Assembly (NCBI GenBank): GCA_937864225.1
Contig: CALMJK010000016.1
Coordinates: forward strand, 127,636 to 191,635
Origin: an uncultured bacterium
GTDB taxonomy: Bacteria > Krumholzibacteriota > Krumholzibacteriia > LZORAL124-64-63
DNA length: 64,000 bases
Reading direction: 5' to 3'
The notes under the pieces were generated by a model. It made no database searches. It saw only the letters and a program-made list of their open reading frames with translations, and had not been told where the DNA came from. Positions 10,338-19,669 of this stretch are shown here, in pieces. A program made the translations under genes and the position numbers. Positions within the stretch are counted from its first letter, which is position 1, and each line of letters starts with the position of its first letter.

Positions 10338-10952
10338 TTGATTCCGGCGACTGGCGGCTTGCGCAGCCTGGGTTTCGTGGAGACGCGCGATCTTTCCCGC
10401 GGCGTGGTGATCGCCGACGCGATGGTCAAGACGGCACCCGTGCGCCTGGTCCTGTTGGCGCCGGTTTCGGGCGGGCGCATGCTGGTCGCGGTCGACGGCG
10501 ACGTGGCCTCGGTGGAGGCCGCCGTGGAGCGCGCCGTGGCCTTGGCCGCGTGCAAGCTCGTCGATGCGCTCTTCATCGCGGATCTGCACCCGGGCGTCCC
10601 CGAAGCCTTGCGCGCGGGGCGCACGCGAACGCCCGTGGCGGCGCTGGGTCTGGTCGAGACCTCGACGTGCGCGGCGGCGGTTCGCGCGGCGGATGCGGCT
10701 CTGAAGGCGGCGGCCGTCAGGCTGCTGCGTCTGAGATTGGCGCAAGGCATCGGCGGCAAGGGATTCTTGCAGCTGGGCGGGGAAGTCGCGGACGTGGAGG
10801 CGGGAGTCGCCGCGGCGCGCGCCGCCGTCGAGCACGAGGAGTTCCTGGTCGCGACGGAAGTGATCGCCGCGCCGCACGCGGATCTCCGGGCCTGGCTGGG
10901 GCGGGACCTGGCGGGGGATGCTCTCCCGGCCGATCCGCCGCCGGAGGCGTGA
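10338..10952 (+). CDS. Tandem-domain shell protein BMC-T
   Basis: Two BMC domains: LGFVET...ADAMVKTA and LGLVET...AADAALKAA...GIGGKG...VIAAPH. Start codon uncertain. Confidence 0.9.
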   Translation: MIPATGGLRSLGFVETRDLSRGVVIADAMVKTAPVRLVLLAPVSGGRMLVAVDGDVASVEAAVERAVALAACKLVDALFIADLHPGVPEALRAGRTRTPVAALGLVETSTCAAAVRAADAALKAAAVRLLRLRLAQGIGGKGFLQLGGEVADVEAGVAAARAAVEHEEFLVATEVIAAPHADLRAWLGRDLAGDALPADPPPEA

Positions 10953-10953
10953 C

Positions 10954-11241
10954 ATGCGGTTGGCCCGCGTGACCGGCACCTGCGTGGCCACGGTGAAGGC
11001 GCCCGGGCTGAGCGGGCATCGCCTGCTGGTGCTCGAGCCGCTGACCTTCGAGCTGCAGCCGGACGGGGCGCCGTTCGTCGCGGTCGACACGGTGCGGGCC
11101 GGTCCGGGTGACGTGGTTTTCTGGGTCGCCGCCCGCGAGGCCGCCAAGGCGCTGCCCGACCCTTTCAATCCGGTGGACGCGGCCGTGCTGGGGATCGTCG
11201 ACGAGGTTCGCTACGCTCCGTGGACGGGAGGCGGCGCGTGA
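10954..11241 (+). CDS. BMC-P vertex protein (EutN/CcmL family)
   Basis: MRLARVTGTCVATVK...VAVDTVRAGPGD...REA...PVDAAVLGIVD. Confidence 0.93.
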   Translation: MRLARVTGTCVATVKAPGLSGHRLLVLEPLTFELQPDGAPFVAVDTVRAGPGDVVFWVAAREAAKALPDPFNPVDAAVLGIVDEVRYAPWTGGGA

Positions 11242-11528
11242 AGGTCTGCATGGTCGTGGGCGAAGTGGTGGCGACCGTCAAGCATTCCGCGCTCGACGCC
11301 CGGAAGCTGCTGATCGTGCAGCCCCTCGACGCGGTCGGCCAGCCGGCGGGGGGGGCTCAGATCGCGGTGGACGCGGTCGGCGTGGGGCCCGGAGAGCGGG
11401 TGCTGCTGTGCGACGAGGGAGGCGCCGCGGCGGCGGTCCTGGGCCGGGAGGGGCCGGTGCGGGCCGTGCTGGTGGGGAGGGTGGATTCCTGCGTGGCCAA
11501 CGCATCATCCTCGGAAATCGACAGTTAA
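11238..11528 (+). CDS. BMC-P vertex protein (EutN/CcmL family)
   Basis: VVGEVVATVKH...KLLIVQP...IAVDAVGVGPGE...EGGAA...PVRAVLVGRVD. Confidence 0.93.
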   Translation: MKVCMVVGEVVATVKHSALDARKLLIVQPLDAVGQPAGGAQIAVDAVGVGPGERVLLCDEGGAAAAVLGREGPVRAVLVGRVDSCVANASSSEIDS

Positions 11529-11552
11529 TCGCATCTTGACGTAAAAAAACGC

Positions 11553-11580
11553 TTGCCGGATCGGACGGGATTGTCATAAT
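11553..11580 (+). promoter_or_regulatory. Putative sigma70 promoter of the HU/IHF gene
   Basis: TTGCCG-N16-CATAAT, preceded by an A-tract. Confidence 0.5.
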
Positions 11581-11659
11581 TGAGTCGCTGATACAGAGAT
11601 GCGCGCGCCACCCGTGCCGCGAGGGGGCGCGTGCAGGGACCTCAGAGCGGAGGGCAACG

Positions 11660-11947
11660 ATGACCAAGGCCGAACTCGTCGAAATGATCGCTGGCGTGAC
11701 GGGCGTGAGCAAGAAGGATACGGCGGTCATCGTGAACATGATTCTGGAGAACATCAGCCGCGCGCTGGAATCCAGCGACAAGGTCGAGTTGCGTGGATTC
11801 GGCAGCTTCAAGGTGAAGAGCCGGCGCTCAAGGACGGCGCGCAACCCGCGCAGCGGCGATTCCGTGATGGTCCCCGCCAAACTGGTGCCGTATTTCAAGG
11901 CCTCCAACGAGTTGAAAGCGCGACTCAACGGGGAGCCCACCGGCTGA
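11660..11947 (+). CDS. HU/IHF family nucleoid protein (IHF-beta-like)
   Basis: MTKAELV...VELRGFGSF...ARNPRSG...VPYFKAS. Confidence 0.95.
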   Translation: MTKAELVEMIAGVTGVSKKDTAVIVNMILENISRALESSDKVELRGFGSFKVKSRRSRTARNPRSGDSVMVPAKLVPYFKASNELKARLNGEPTG

Positions 11948-12064
11948 TCTCAAGCCCCTGGTTGTTTAGCGGCGCCTTGACGCTTATATTGACAGACTGC
12001 GAGCGAGGCTGCCTCCCCGGCTGACCGCGGCGAGGTGGCTTGAGGACCGGAAAGGTGGTTGACG

Positions 12065-12154
12065 ATGCCCAACGGCAGAAAACGGAAGCGCAAGAAGATC
12101 GCGACGCACAAGCGCAAGAAGCGCCTTCGTAAGAACCGGCACAAGAAGAAGTAG
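12065..12154 (+). CDS. 29-aa basic protein, AURKAIP1/COX24 (bS22/mS38-like) family
   Basis: Translated by hand as MPNGRKRKRKKIATHKRKKRLRKNRHKKK. AAAGGTGG RBS. Absent from the ORF track. Confidence 0.88.
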   Translation: MPNGRKRKRKKIATHKRKKRLRKNRHKKK

Positions 12155-12211
12155 CGGAAACGGCGCTGGATCCCGTCCATGCGTCCGCCCCCGGCCGGCG
12201 TCGCGCGCTGC

Positions 12212-12238
12212 TCAAGTCGGCGCGACGCCGGTCGATAA
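12212..12238 (+). promoter_or_regulatory. Putative sigma28 (FliA) promoter upstream of the PilZ gene
   Basis: TCAA-N15-GTCGATAA versus consensus TAAA-N15-GCCGATAA. Confidence 0.6.
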
Positions 12239-12279
12239 GAACAAGGGGGCGTGGCCGAGGCGGGCGGAAGGAGCCTTTC

Positions 12280-12675
12280 ATGGCAGCGACACAGGCCGAC
12301 CGGCGCAGAGCTCAGCGGGTCGAGGCCCGTTTGGGGGTCGAGATCTGGCTCCCGCGACGGGATGGCAGTCTCGCGCTGGCGAACCTGGAAACGCTGAACA
12401 TCAGTTCTTCGGGTGTCTATTTCCAATCCGACCACTTCATCGAGCCCATGACCAAGCTGGACATGCTGTTCCAGTTGCCGGTCGCGGGTCTGGACGGGGG
12501 CGCGCCGCGCGCGGCGGCCGTGAGATGCGAGGGCATCGTCGTGCGCAGTTCCCCCGAGTGCCCCGAGCCGGGGCGCGACCGCTACGAGATCGCCGTTTTT
12601 TTCACGCATTTTGAGCCGGAAGCCTTGCAACGCCTGGAAGAGCACATCGCGTTGCTGCTGACCGACGTCCCCTAG
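12280..12675 (+). CDS. Stand-alone PilZ domain c-di-GMP receptor
   Basis: RxxxR motif (RRAQR) and (D/N)xSxxG motif (NISSSG). Confidence 0.88.
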   Translation: MAATQADRRRAQRVEARLGVEIWLPRRDGSLALANLETLNISSSGVYFQSDHFIEPMTKLDMLFQLPVAGLDGGAPRAAAVRCEGIVVRSSPECPEPGRDRYEIAVFFTHFEPEALQRLEEHIALLLTDVP

Positions 12676-12722
12676 GCGCCATCGCCGACACGTTGAGCTT
12701 GCCCTCGGGGCCCGCCTTTCAG

Positions 12723-12750
12723 TAAAGGCGGGCCGCTGTTTTGCCGATAA
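12723..12750 (+). promoter_or_regulatory. Putative sigma28 promoter whose -35 overlaps an 11-bp hairpin (12709-12734)
   Basis: TAAA-N16-GCCGATAA. Hairpin GGCCCGCCTTT-cagt-AAAGGCGGGCC. Confidence 0.65.
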
Positions 12751-12803
12751 CGGCCCAGACGCGGTTCCGGGCGCGCAAGTCCGCCCAGGGGACCGGGAGG
12801 GGC

Positions 12804-14297
12804 ATGGAGAGCGAGCGGCGGCGTTCCATTCTCGTGATCGACGATTCGCGCCCTGTTTGCCAATACCTGAAAATGGTGCTGGAAAAGAGGGGCTACGACG
12901 TCCACCTCGCCTTCGACGGCGAAACGGGCGTGCGCAGCGCCATGGAATTGCTTCCCGATCTCGTGCTCCTGGACAAGGAACTGCCCGGCATGCACGGGTT
13001 CGCCGTGAGCCGCGTCCTGCGACGGTATCAGGAGACCAGCTTCATCCCCATCCTGATGATCAGTTCCGACAACATCAGCAGCGAACGCGTCCTCGGCCTC
13101 GAGATGGGGGCGGACGATTACATCTCCAAGCGCATTCCGGCCGAGGAACTCGATTCCAAGATCCGCGCCTTCATGCGGATCAAGGATCTGCAGGACAAGG
13201 TGCTGCGCGAGCGCGACAAGCTGAGCCAATTCTTCAAGCTGCTGCACGAACCGATCGTGATCTGTGACAGCTGCGACCGCGTGTCGCAGGCGAGCCAGGC
13301 CTTTCTCAACCTGTTTCAAATACCGCGTGAGATCGCCGAGTTCCGCACGCTCAAGGAGATCCTGCACGCGCTGGGCGTCGCCGAAGAGGAGATTCGCGTC
13401 CTTCGCCAGGGCACGCGCGAAGGGCGCCGCCTGAACTTGAAATTGGGCGGCGAAGACCGCGTGGTGACCGCCGTGGCCACGCCCATGCAACTGGGCGAGA
13501 GCGAGCCGGCGCTGGCTATCGTGTTCAATGACATTACGCAACAGATCGCGGACGAGCGCATGAAGGCGGACTTCTATTCGATGATCGCGCACGATCTGCG
13601 CTCACCGCTCTCCGTGATCCGCGGCTACGTCACGTTGCTGGTCGGGGGACGCGCGGGACCGCTCAACGAGGTGCAAAGCGAGTTCTTGAGCGGCGTTGAA
13701 ACCAAGATCATGGAGATTTCGTCGCTGCTCAACGATTTCCTGGACATCAACAAGATCGACGCCGGTTTCGTCAACCTCAACCGCGAGGCCATGCCGCTCG
13801 AAACCGTCGTGGAGGACGCGCTCAGGGATCTGGCGCTGTTCGCGGGAAGCCGGGGCATCAGCGTCTCGACCGACTACAGCGAGGGGCCCTTGACGGTCGA
13901 CGGGGATCCGTTGAGGGTCAAACAGATTCTGCTCAACCTGCTCAGCAACGCGATCAAATACAATTCCGACAATGGATGGGTCCGCGTGACCAGTCGGCGC
14001 GAGGGGACCTTGGCCGTCGTGGAGGTGAGCGACGGCGGGGTGGGCATCTCGGCGGAAGACTTGGCGGAACTCTTCAAACCCTATCGGCGCGCCGGTTCCG
14101 CGCAGCGGCAAATCAAGGGCGTGGGATTGGGCCTGGTCATCGTCAAGAAGCTGGTGGAGGCCCATGGCGGGAGCATGCGGGTCGTCAGCCAGCCCGGAGA
14201 AGGGAGCACCTTCTCTTTCACCCTGCCCTTGCGGGAGGCGGGCCAGGGCGAGGGGCGCGAGGGCGCGGCCCGCGCTGAACCGAGCGTCGCCCGTTGA
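12804..14297 (+). CDS. Hybrid REC-PAS-HisKA-HATPase histidine kinase
   Basis: REC (ILVIDD, LVLLD, DDYISK), H-box AHDLRSPL, NLLSNAIKY, DGGVGI and GVGLGL. Confidence 0.92.
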   Translation: MESERRRSILVIDDSRPVCQYLKMVLEKRGYDVHLAFDGETGVRSAMELLPDLVLLDKELPGMHGFAVSRVLRRYQETSFIPILMISSDNISSERVLGLEMGADDYISKRIPAEELDSKIRAFMRIKDLQDKVLRERDKLSQFFKLLHEPIVICDSCDRVSQASQAFLNLFQIPREIAEFRTLKEILHALGVAEEEIRVLRQGTREGRRLNLKLGGEDRVVTAVATPMQLGESEPALAIVFNDITQQIADERMKADFYSMIAHDLRSPLSVIRGYVTLLVGGRAGPLNEVQSEFLSGVETKIMEISSLLNDFLDINKIDAGFVNLNREAMPLETVVEDALRDLALFAGSRGISVSTDYSEGPLTVDGDPLRVKQILLNLLSNAIKYNSDNGWVRVTSRREGTLAVVEVSDGGVGISAEDLAELFKPYRRAGSAQRQIKGVGLGLVIVKKLVEAHGGSMRVVSQPGEGSTFSFTLPLREAGQGEGREGAARAEPSVAR

Positions 14298-14339
14298 CGA
14301 GCACCGTCTGCGGGCTGGGCGGGGAACGGAGACCTGAGC

Positions 14340-14828
14340 ATGAGCGCGCATTCTTGCCCAAAGGCCACCGATGCCTGCTGCTCGCCGCGGGACGTCATCA
14401 CCCTGCCGGACGGCCTGGTGGGACTGCCCCACCTGCGTCGCTGGATCCTGCTCGACATGGACCGCGACCTGCCCCTACAGTGGCTCCAATCGCTGGATGA
14501 GGCGGGGTTTGGTTTCCCGGTGACCACACCGGAGTATTACCATCCGCATTGTGCGCCCGCCATCCCTGTGGAACTCGCCGCTGGCCTCGGGGCGGGAGTT
14601 GCGGGGGAGGTTGTCGTTCTCATTGTCACCACCGTGCTGCCCGGGGGCGCGCGCCTCATCGGCAATCTCGCGGCGCCGCTTCTGGTACACACGGGCAGCC
14701 GGCTGGGAGTTCAGCACATCGTCGAGGATGAGGACCTGCCGCTGAGGCAAGAGATCGATTACGTCCGGTTTGAGCGGGCGGCGAGCCTGCGGCGAGAGGT
14801 CGGGCAGAGACAGGAAATCGGCGTGTGA
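14340..14828 (+). CDS. fliW: Flagellar assembly factor FliW
   Basis: ITLPDGLVGL...WLQSLD...NLAAPL...GVQ. Adjacent to csrA. N-terminus divergent. Confidence 0.82.
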   Translation: MSAHSCPKATDACCSPRDVITLPDGLVGLPHLRRWILLDMDRDLPLQWLQSLDEAGFGFPVTTPEYYHPHCAPAIPVELAAGLGAGVAGEVVVLIVTTVLPGGARLIGNLAAPLLVHTGSRLGVQHIVEDEDLPLRQEIDYVRFERAASLRREVGQRQEIGV

Positions 14829-14876
14829 TACAATGCGGCCGGGCTCGCTCTCGGCCCCCGCGGACAGGGAGGTCCC

Positions 14877-15164
14877 GTGCTCATCCTCAGCCGCAAGCGG
14901 AACGAGAAGATCATGATCGGGGACGACATCTCGATCATGATCGTCGACATCCGGGGCGATCAAGTCCAGATCGGCATCGACGCCCCGCGCGCCATTCCCG
15001 TGCACCGCTTCGAAATCTATGAAGAGATCAAGAACATCACGCTGCGGGCGGCCGGCTCACCCGCTCCGGACGTCGACGGTTTGCGCCGGAAAGGGCGGCC
15101 CGCCGAGCCCGGCGAGGCGACGGGGCGCGACGCGGGCGACCGCCCGAACAAGAAGAAGACCTGA
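14877..15164 (+). CDS. csrA: Carbon storage regulator CsrA
   Basis: [18 protein letters not shown]...[19 protein letters not shown]. Confidence 0.95.
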   Translation: MLILSRKRNEKIMIGDDISIMIVDIRGDQVQIGIDAPRAIPVHRFEIYEEIKNITLRAAGSPAPDVDGLRRKGRPAEPGEATGRDAGDRPNKKKT

Positions 15165-15349
15165 GCCAGCCCTCGCGCAGGCACCGAGCGGCTCGGCGCC
15201 GTTTCCCCCTTTATGACGCGGGAAGATCGCGTCGCGCGGCCTGGACCGGCCCGCGGCAACGGCCGAGCGCTTGCGCAGGCAGCGCAAGCTTGCTAACGTG
15301 CGATGGCGGCCAGGCGTGGCCGAAAGTCCTCCCGAGAAAGGGCAAGGCC

Positions 15350-15583
15350 GTGGTTCCCCGCATTCCCGGCAAGACGGGACAGCAGGACGCAAGGCAGCGG
15401 CTGGCAGGCGACCTCGCGGCGGCGAGGGAAGCGTTGGCGCGGCTGCCGGAAACGCGGGCAGGGCGCGTCGCGCGCGCCCGCGCCCGGCTGGCCCAGGGCG
15501 CGTACGGCGATGACGCGGTCCAAAGGAAGACTGCCGCGCGCGTGGGCCGAGTCGTTCGCCGGCTGGAGGATTTGCAGGACTGA
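15350..15583 (+). CDS. flgM: FlgM-like anti-sigma28 factor
   Basis: LARLPETRAGRVARARARLAQGAY resembles the FlgM C-terminal PxxRxxRVxxLKxxIxxGxY pattern. Flagellar context. Start uncertain. Confidence 0.6.
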   Translation: MVPRIPGKTGQQDARQRLAGDLAAAREALARLPETRAGRVARARARLAQGAYGDDAVQRKTAARVGRVVRRLEDLQD

Positions 15584-15714
15584 TCGGGAATTTCTGCCTT
15601 TTCCTGCGCTCCCCGCCGCTGGGGAGCGCAGTTTCGTATTGCAGGAACTGGCAAAAATTTTTACAGTAACCGCCGTCCGGAATAGGCTGGCGTGCTCAAG
15701 AGCTAGGCGGGCCG

Positions 15715-18000
15715 ATGTTGGAGTCTGCATCCGCGCCGCGGGCGCATTCCTGGCCGCACCCCCTGCCGCCGTGGACGGTGCTGGTCGGGCCGGCCGGCTC
15801 GGAGGTCGGCGAGGCCGGGCGCGTCGCCCGTGTGAAGGCGGCCGGTCCGTTGCTGGCCTCGGCGGACGCGCAGGCGGACGCGGCCGGGCCCGCCTGCCTG
15901 CTGATCGACGGCGCGCAGGTCGAACCGGGCGCGCGCGGCGGCGAATTGGCGCGACAGCTCGACGCGCTGCTGAGCGCCCACCCGGGCACGCTGGCCATCC
16001 TGCTGTACGACTCTCTGGACGCCGCCGACTTGGCGGAGCTGTTTCACGCGGGACTGTTCGCCGCGCTGCCGCGCCCCGTGGCTTCCGAGCAATGGGCCGC
16101 GACGCTGTCACGCGTGCGCGCGCGCCGCGCACGCTGGCGCGAAGGGCAGGCGTTGCGACTGCAGGGTGAGCAAACGGTGGATCGGCTGCGCGCCCATCGG
16201 CGCCAGCTGCAGGAGCAGCTGGCGCTCGTCGGGGAACAGCTCATCACTTCGCAGGCGCGGCTCGAGCAGTCCAATCAAGAGCTGACGGAACACATGGGGC
16301 AGCTTGCGCTGCTCTACAGGATCGGTCGCGAATTGAGTGGCGCCCGCAACTGGGACGCGACCCTCGAGAACCTGTTGGGAAACTTGGCGGGCTTTTTGGG
16401 GGCGCGCGGGGCGGCGCTGGTGCTGCGCGGCGCGCCGGACGCACCGTACACGCCCCGCCGGAGCTTTGGCTGGGAGGAGTCGGTCTGGGACCGCGTGCTC
16501 GTGCGGCTCGAGTCGGAGCTCGGACCGAGCGGCAGCGCGCGACAGCTTTCGCCGGGCATCTTCCAGATGGAACTGGCCGCGGCCGACGCCGGCCAACGCG
16601 CCATCACCGCCCTGCCCCTGGATCACCAGGACACGCGCCTGGGATTCCTGCTGCTGCTGGATTGGCTCCCCCCAAGCGGTGACGCCCGGGAGCGTCATTT
16701 GCCGTTCCTGCAGGCCGTCCAGGTGATTCTGGCGGATGAGGTCGCGGGCGCGCAGATGCTCGATCGCATCCGCGAATTGGGCGCCTTCAACGCCAGAGTG
16801 CTCGAGACCGTCCGCAGCGGGATCTGGGTCGTGGACGAGAGTGGAAGGACGATCTACTGCAACCGCTGTGGGCGCCGTCTGCTGACGGGCGTGGATCGAC
16901 AGGCCGCCACGGACGAGGCGCCGGACACGGAAATCGGTCGGGGGCGCGGCGAGGGGGGAGCGAGGGACGCCGAGGTTGCGCGCGATTGGCTGCCCCTGGG
17001 CCCCGATCTGCCGGAACTGTTCCTCGAAGGACGGATTCAGCTGACGGGGGTCGCAGGCGCTCCCTTCGCGCGCCTGTTCTGGAGCGAGACGGGCGTGTTC
17101 CGCGGCGAGGGCCGCCTTTTGCGGCCGGACGGCGCGACCATCCCGGTGCTCCTGCAGACTTCGCTGATGCCGGGGCGCGGCCGCGATGAGCGCTGGCTGG
17201 TGTTGGTGGTCGAGGACCTGAGCGAGGCCAAGCGCCTCGAGGCCGAGCGGGTTCGCGCGGACGGGCTGCAGGGCCTGGTGGAGATGTCCGCCGCCCTGGC
17301 GCACGAGATTCGCAATCCGCTGATGGGATTGAGCGCCCAGGCGGAGTTGTTGGCCGGACAATTGACGGCGAGCGATGCGCGCAAGCGCTACCTGGACGTG
17401 ATCATCGCCGAAGTGGAACGCATCAACGCCACGATAACGCGCTTGCTCGGTTTCGTGCGGCCGTATGAACCGCGCCTGGCCCGCGCCAATATCGCGGACC
17501 TGGCCGGCGACTGCCTGGCTCTTTTGGCGGCACAGGCGAGCCAGCGGCAGTTGCGCCTGCGGCTGGAGCTGTCGCCTGACGAACGCGATCCTTCCGCCTG
17601 GGAGCAGGACGTGGACGGCGGGCAGATCAAGCAGGTGCTGCTGAATCTCCTGCTCAACGCGCTGGACGCCGCGCCGCCGCGCACGGACATCGTCCTGGCG
17701 CTGCGTCTGGAGTCCGGGGTCGAATGGCGAGACCGACAAACGGGCGCCGGCCAGTTGGCGGAGGGAACGGTGCTCGAGGTGCGCGACGCGGGCCCCGGCT
17801 TCGCGGCGGGCGAGGCAGAGCGCCTGTTTCGACCTTTCTATTCCACGAAGAGCGCGGGGACCGGCTTGGGCCTGTCGATCTGCCGCAAGATCGTCGTGGC
17901 GCACGGGGGCGAGATCCGCGCGCTGTGCGAAAATGGGCAGACGATTTTCCGAGTTCTGTTGCCGAGGCAAGGCGCGGCGGGCGCGCGGGAGGAAGCATGA
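15715..18000 (+). CDS. Sensor histidine kinase (degenerate REC-like, coiled coil, GAF-like, PAS, HisKA, HATPase)
   Basis: Motifs AHEIRNPL, NLLLNA, DAGPG, FRPFYSTK and GTGLGL. Confidence 0.9.
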   Translation: MLESASAPRAHSWPHPLPPWTVLVGPAGSEVGEAGRVARVKAAGPLLASADAQADAAGPACLLIDGAQVEPGARGGELARQLDALLSAHPGTLAILLYDSLDAADLAELFHAGLFAALPRPVASEQWAATLSRVRARRARWREGQALRLQGEQTVDRLRAHRRQLQEQLALVGEQLITSQARLEQSNQELTEHMGQLALLYRIGRELSGARNWDATLENLLGNLAGFLGARGAALVLRGAPDAPYTPRRSFGWEESVWDRVLVRLESELGPSGSARQLSPGIFQMELAAADAGQRAITALPLDHQDTRLGFLLLLDWLPPSGDARERHLPFLQAVQVILADEVAGAQMLDRIRELGAFNARVLETVRSGIWVVDESGRTIYCNRCGRRLLTGVDRQAATDEAPDTEIGRGRGEGGARDAEVARDWLPLGPDLPELFLEGRIQLTGVAGAPFARLFWSETGVFRGEGRLLRPDGATIPVLLQTSLMPGRGRDERWLVLVVEDLSEAKRLEAERVRADGLQGLVEMSAALAHEIRNPLMGLSAQAELLAGQLTASDARKRYLDVIIAEVERINATITRLLGFVRPYEPRLARANIADLAGDCLALLAAQASQRQLRLRLELSPDERDPSAWEQDVDGGQIKQVLLNLLLNALDAAPPRTDIVLALRLESGVEWRDRQTGAGQLAEGTVLEVRDAGPGFAAGEAERLFRPFYSTKSAGTGLGLSICRKIVVAHGGEIRALCENGQTIFRVLLPRQGAAGAREEA

Positions 18001-19445
18001 GCAAGAGGATCCTGGTCGTGGACGACGAGGTGGCCATCCGCCAATCGCTGGCGGAGGCCCTCATGGCCGACGGTTACGAGGTGCAAACGGCGGACAGCGG
18101 CGAAGAGGCGCTGGCAAGGTGCCACGCATCCGCCTTCGACCTGGTGATCAGCGACTTGCGGTTGCCGGGCGTGTCTGGACTTGAGGCGCTGCAGGCGTTG
18201 CGACACCGGGGCGAGGCCATTCCCTTCATCCTGATGACGGCCTACGGCGACGTCGACACGGCCGTGGCGGCCATGAGAGCCGGGGCATACGATTTCATCC
18301 AGAAGCCGTTTCGGCTGAACGCCATCCGCGCGCAAGTGCGCGCGGCCCTGCGCGCGACGGAGCGCGCGGCGGCGGAGCGCGAAGAAGCGGCGCCGGCGCC
18401 GCGCGCGGTGCCAAGCGGCGAACGGAACGATGCCATCAGCATGATCCGCGATTGTCCGGGGCTGGCGGAAGTCGCCCGCGTGCTGGACAAACTCGGCGCC
18501 AGCCGCGCGGGTCACGACACGTCGGTGCTCATTCAAGGCGCCTCGGGTTCGGGAAAGGAGATCGTGGCCCGCGCCATCCACGAGGCCGGTGAAACGTGCG
18601 GCGAGCCGTTCATGGAGATCAATTGCGCCGCGGTGCCCGAGAGCCTGCTCGAGAGCGAGCTGTTCGGGCACGAGAAGGGCGCCTTCACGGATGCCAAGGC
18701 GCGCAAGGAGGGGTTGTTCGAACTGGCAGGGCGCGGGACGATCTTCCTGGATGAAATCGGGGAAATGGGCATTCTGCTGCAAAGCAGGCTGTTGCGCGTG
18801 ATAGAAAACCGCCGGTTCCGGCGCGTGGGTGGCCGCGACGAACTGTCCGTGCAGGCGCGCATCGTCGCGGCGACGAATCGGCGTTTGGAGGACGAGATCC
18901 GCAGCGGAGCGTTCCGCAACGACCTCTACTATCGGCTGCAGGTCGTGGAGATTCACATTCCCGCGTTGTGTGAACGTCCCCAGGACATCACGGTCCTGAC
19001 CAACCGCTTCATCCGGGAGTTCAACGCGACGCTCGGCACCGAGTGCGTACCCGCCGACGCGCTGCTGAGCGAAGCCTTGGGCCGCTATCCCTGGCCCGGC
19101 AATGTCCGGGAACTGCGCAACGTGCTCAAGAGGATCATGATCCTCGAGGAACCGAGGCGGATCGTGCCCGAGCACCTCCCGCCGCACGTGCGCGCCGGCC
19201 GCGATCCGCGCCTGGCGGATGAAGGCGCGGCCAGCGGTCCCGAGGCGGGCCTGGTCTGCCTGGCGGAAGTGGAACGGCGGCAGATCCTGTACACGTTGCG
19301 GGCGACGGGCAACAACAAGAGTCGCGCCGCCCGGCTGCTGGGCATCTCGCGCCAGACGCTGCGCGAGAAGCTGCGTCTCTATCATCAGGATGACGGCGAC
19401 GACGGCGACGGCGACGAACCGCTGGCCGCCGAAGCCCGGGAGTGA
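17997..19445 (+). CDS. Sigma54-dependent response regulator (NtrC family)
   Basis: REC domain, GASGSGKE, GAFTDA, FLDEIG, WPGNVREL and a Fis-type HTH. ATGA overlap with the kinase. Confidence 0.95.
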   Translation: MSKRILVVDDEVAIRQSLAEALMADGYEVQTADSGEEALARCHASAFDLVISDLRLPGVSGLEALQALRHRGEAIPFILMTAYGDVDTAVAAMRAGAYDFIQKPFRLNAIRAQVRAALRATERAAAEREEAAPAPRAVPSGERNDAISMIRDCPGLAEVARVLDKLGASRAGHDTSVLIQGASGSGKEIVARAIHEAGETCGEPFMEINCAAVPESLLESELFGHEKGAFTDAKARKEGLFELAGRGTIFLDEIGEMGILLQSRLLRVIENRRFRRVGGRDELSVQARIVAATNRRLEDEIRSGAFRNDLYYRLQVVEIHIPALCERPQDITVLTNRFIREFNATLGTECVPADALLSEALGRYPWPGNVRELRNVLKRIMILEEPRRIVPEHLPPHVRAGRDPRLADEGAASGPEAGLVCLAEVERRQILYTLRATGNNKSRAARLLGISRQTLREKLRLYHQDDGDDGDGDEPLAAEARE

Positions 19446-19498
19446 GGGCGGCGCGGATCTGCCCAGCTTCCGGCCACCATTGACAGGAGCTCGGCCGC

Positions 19499-19532
19499 GG
19501 CCCCGGCAGCAGCGTCTGCCGGGGCCATTTTT
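19499..19532 (+). terminator. Intrinsic terminator
   Basis: 11-bp stem GGCCCCGGCAG/CTGCCGGGGCC followed by ATTTTT. Confidence 0.75.
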
Positions 19533-19669
19533 CTGCCGAGGCTGCGGCGTTGGGCTCCCAATTCGTATGTTATGTATCACACCAATTGACAGCACATTAC
19601 ATAAATATCTTCAGATAATACATTAGGTTCATGACGGCTGCCGCCAGGGCAGGGCGCCGCCGCGGGCCG

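Noticed and set aside
15696-15718. TCAAG...GCCGATGT as a sigma28 promoter
   Set aside because: The spacer is about 4 nt too short and the -10 overlaps the predicted start codon.
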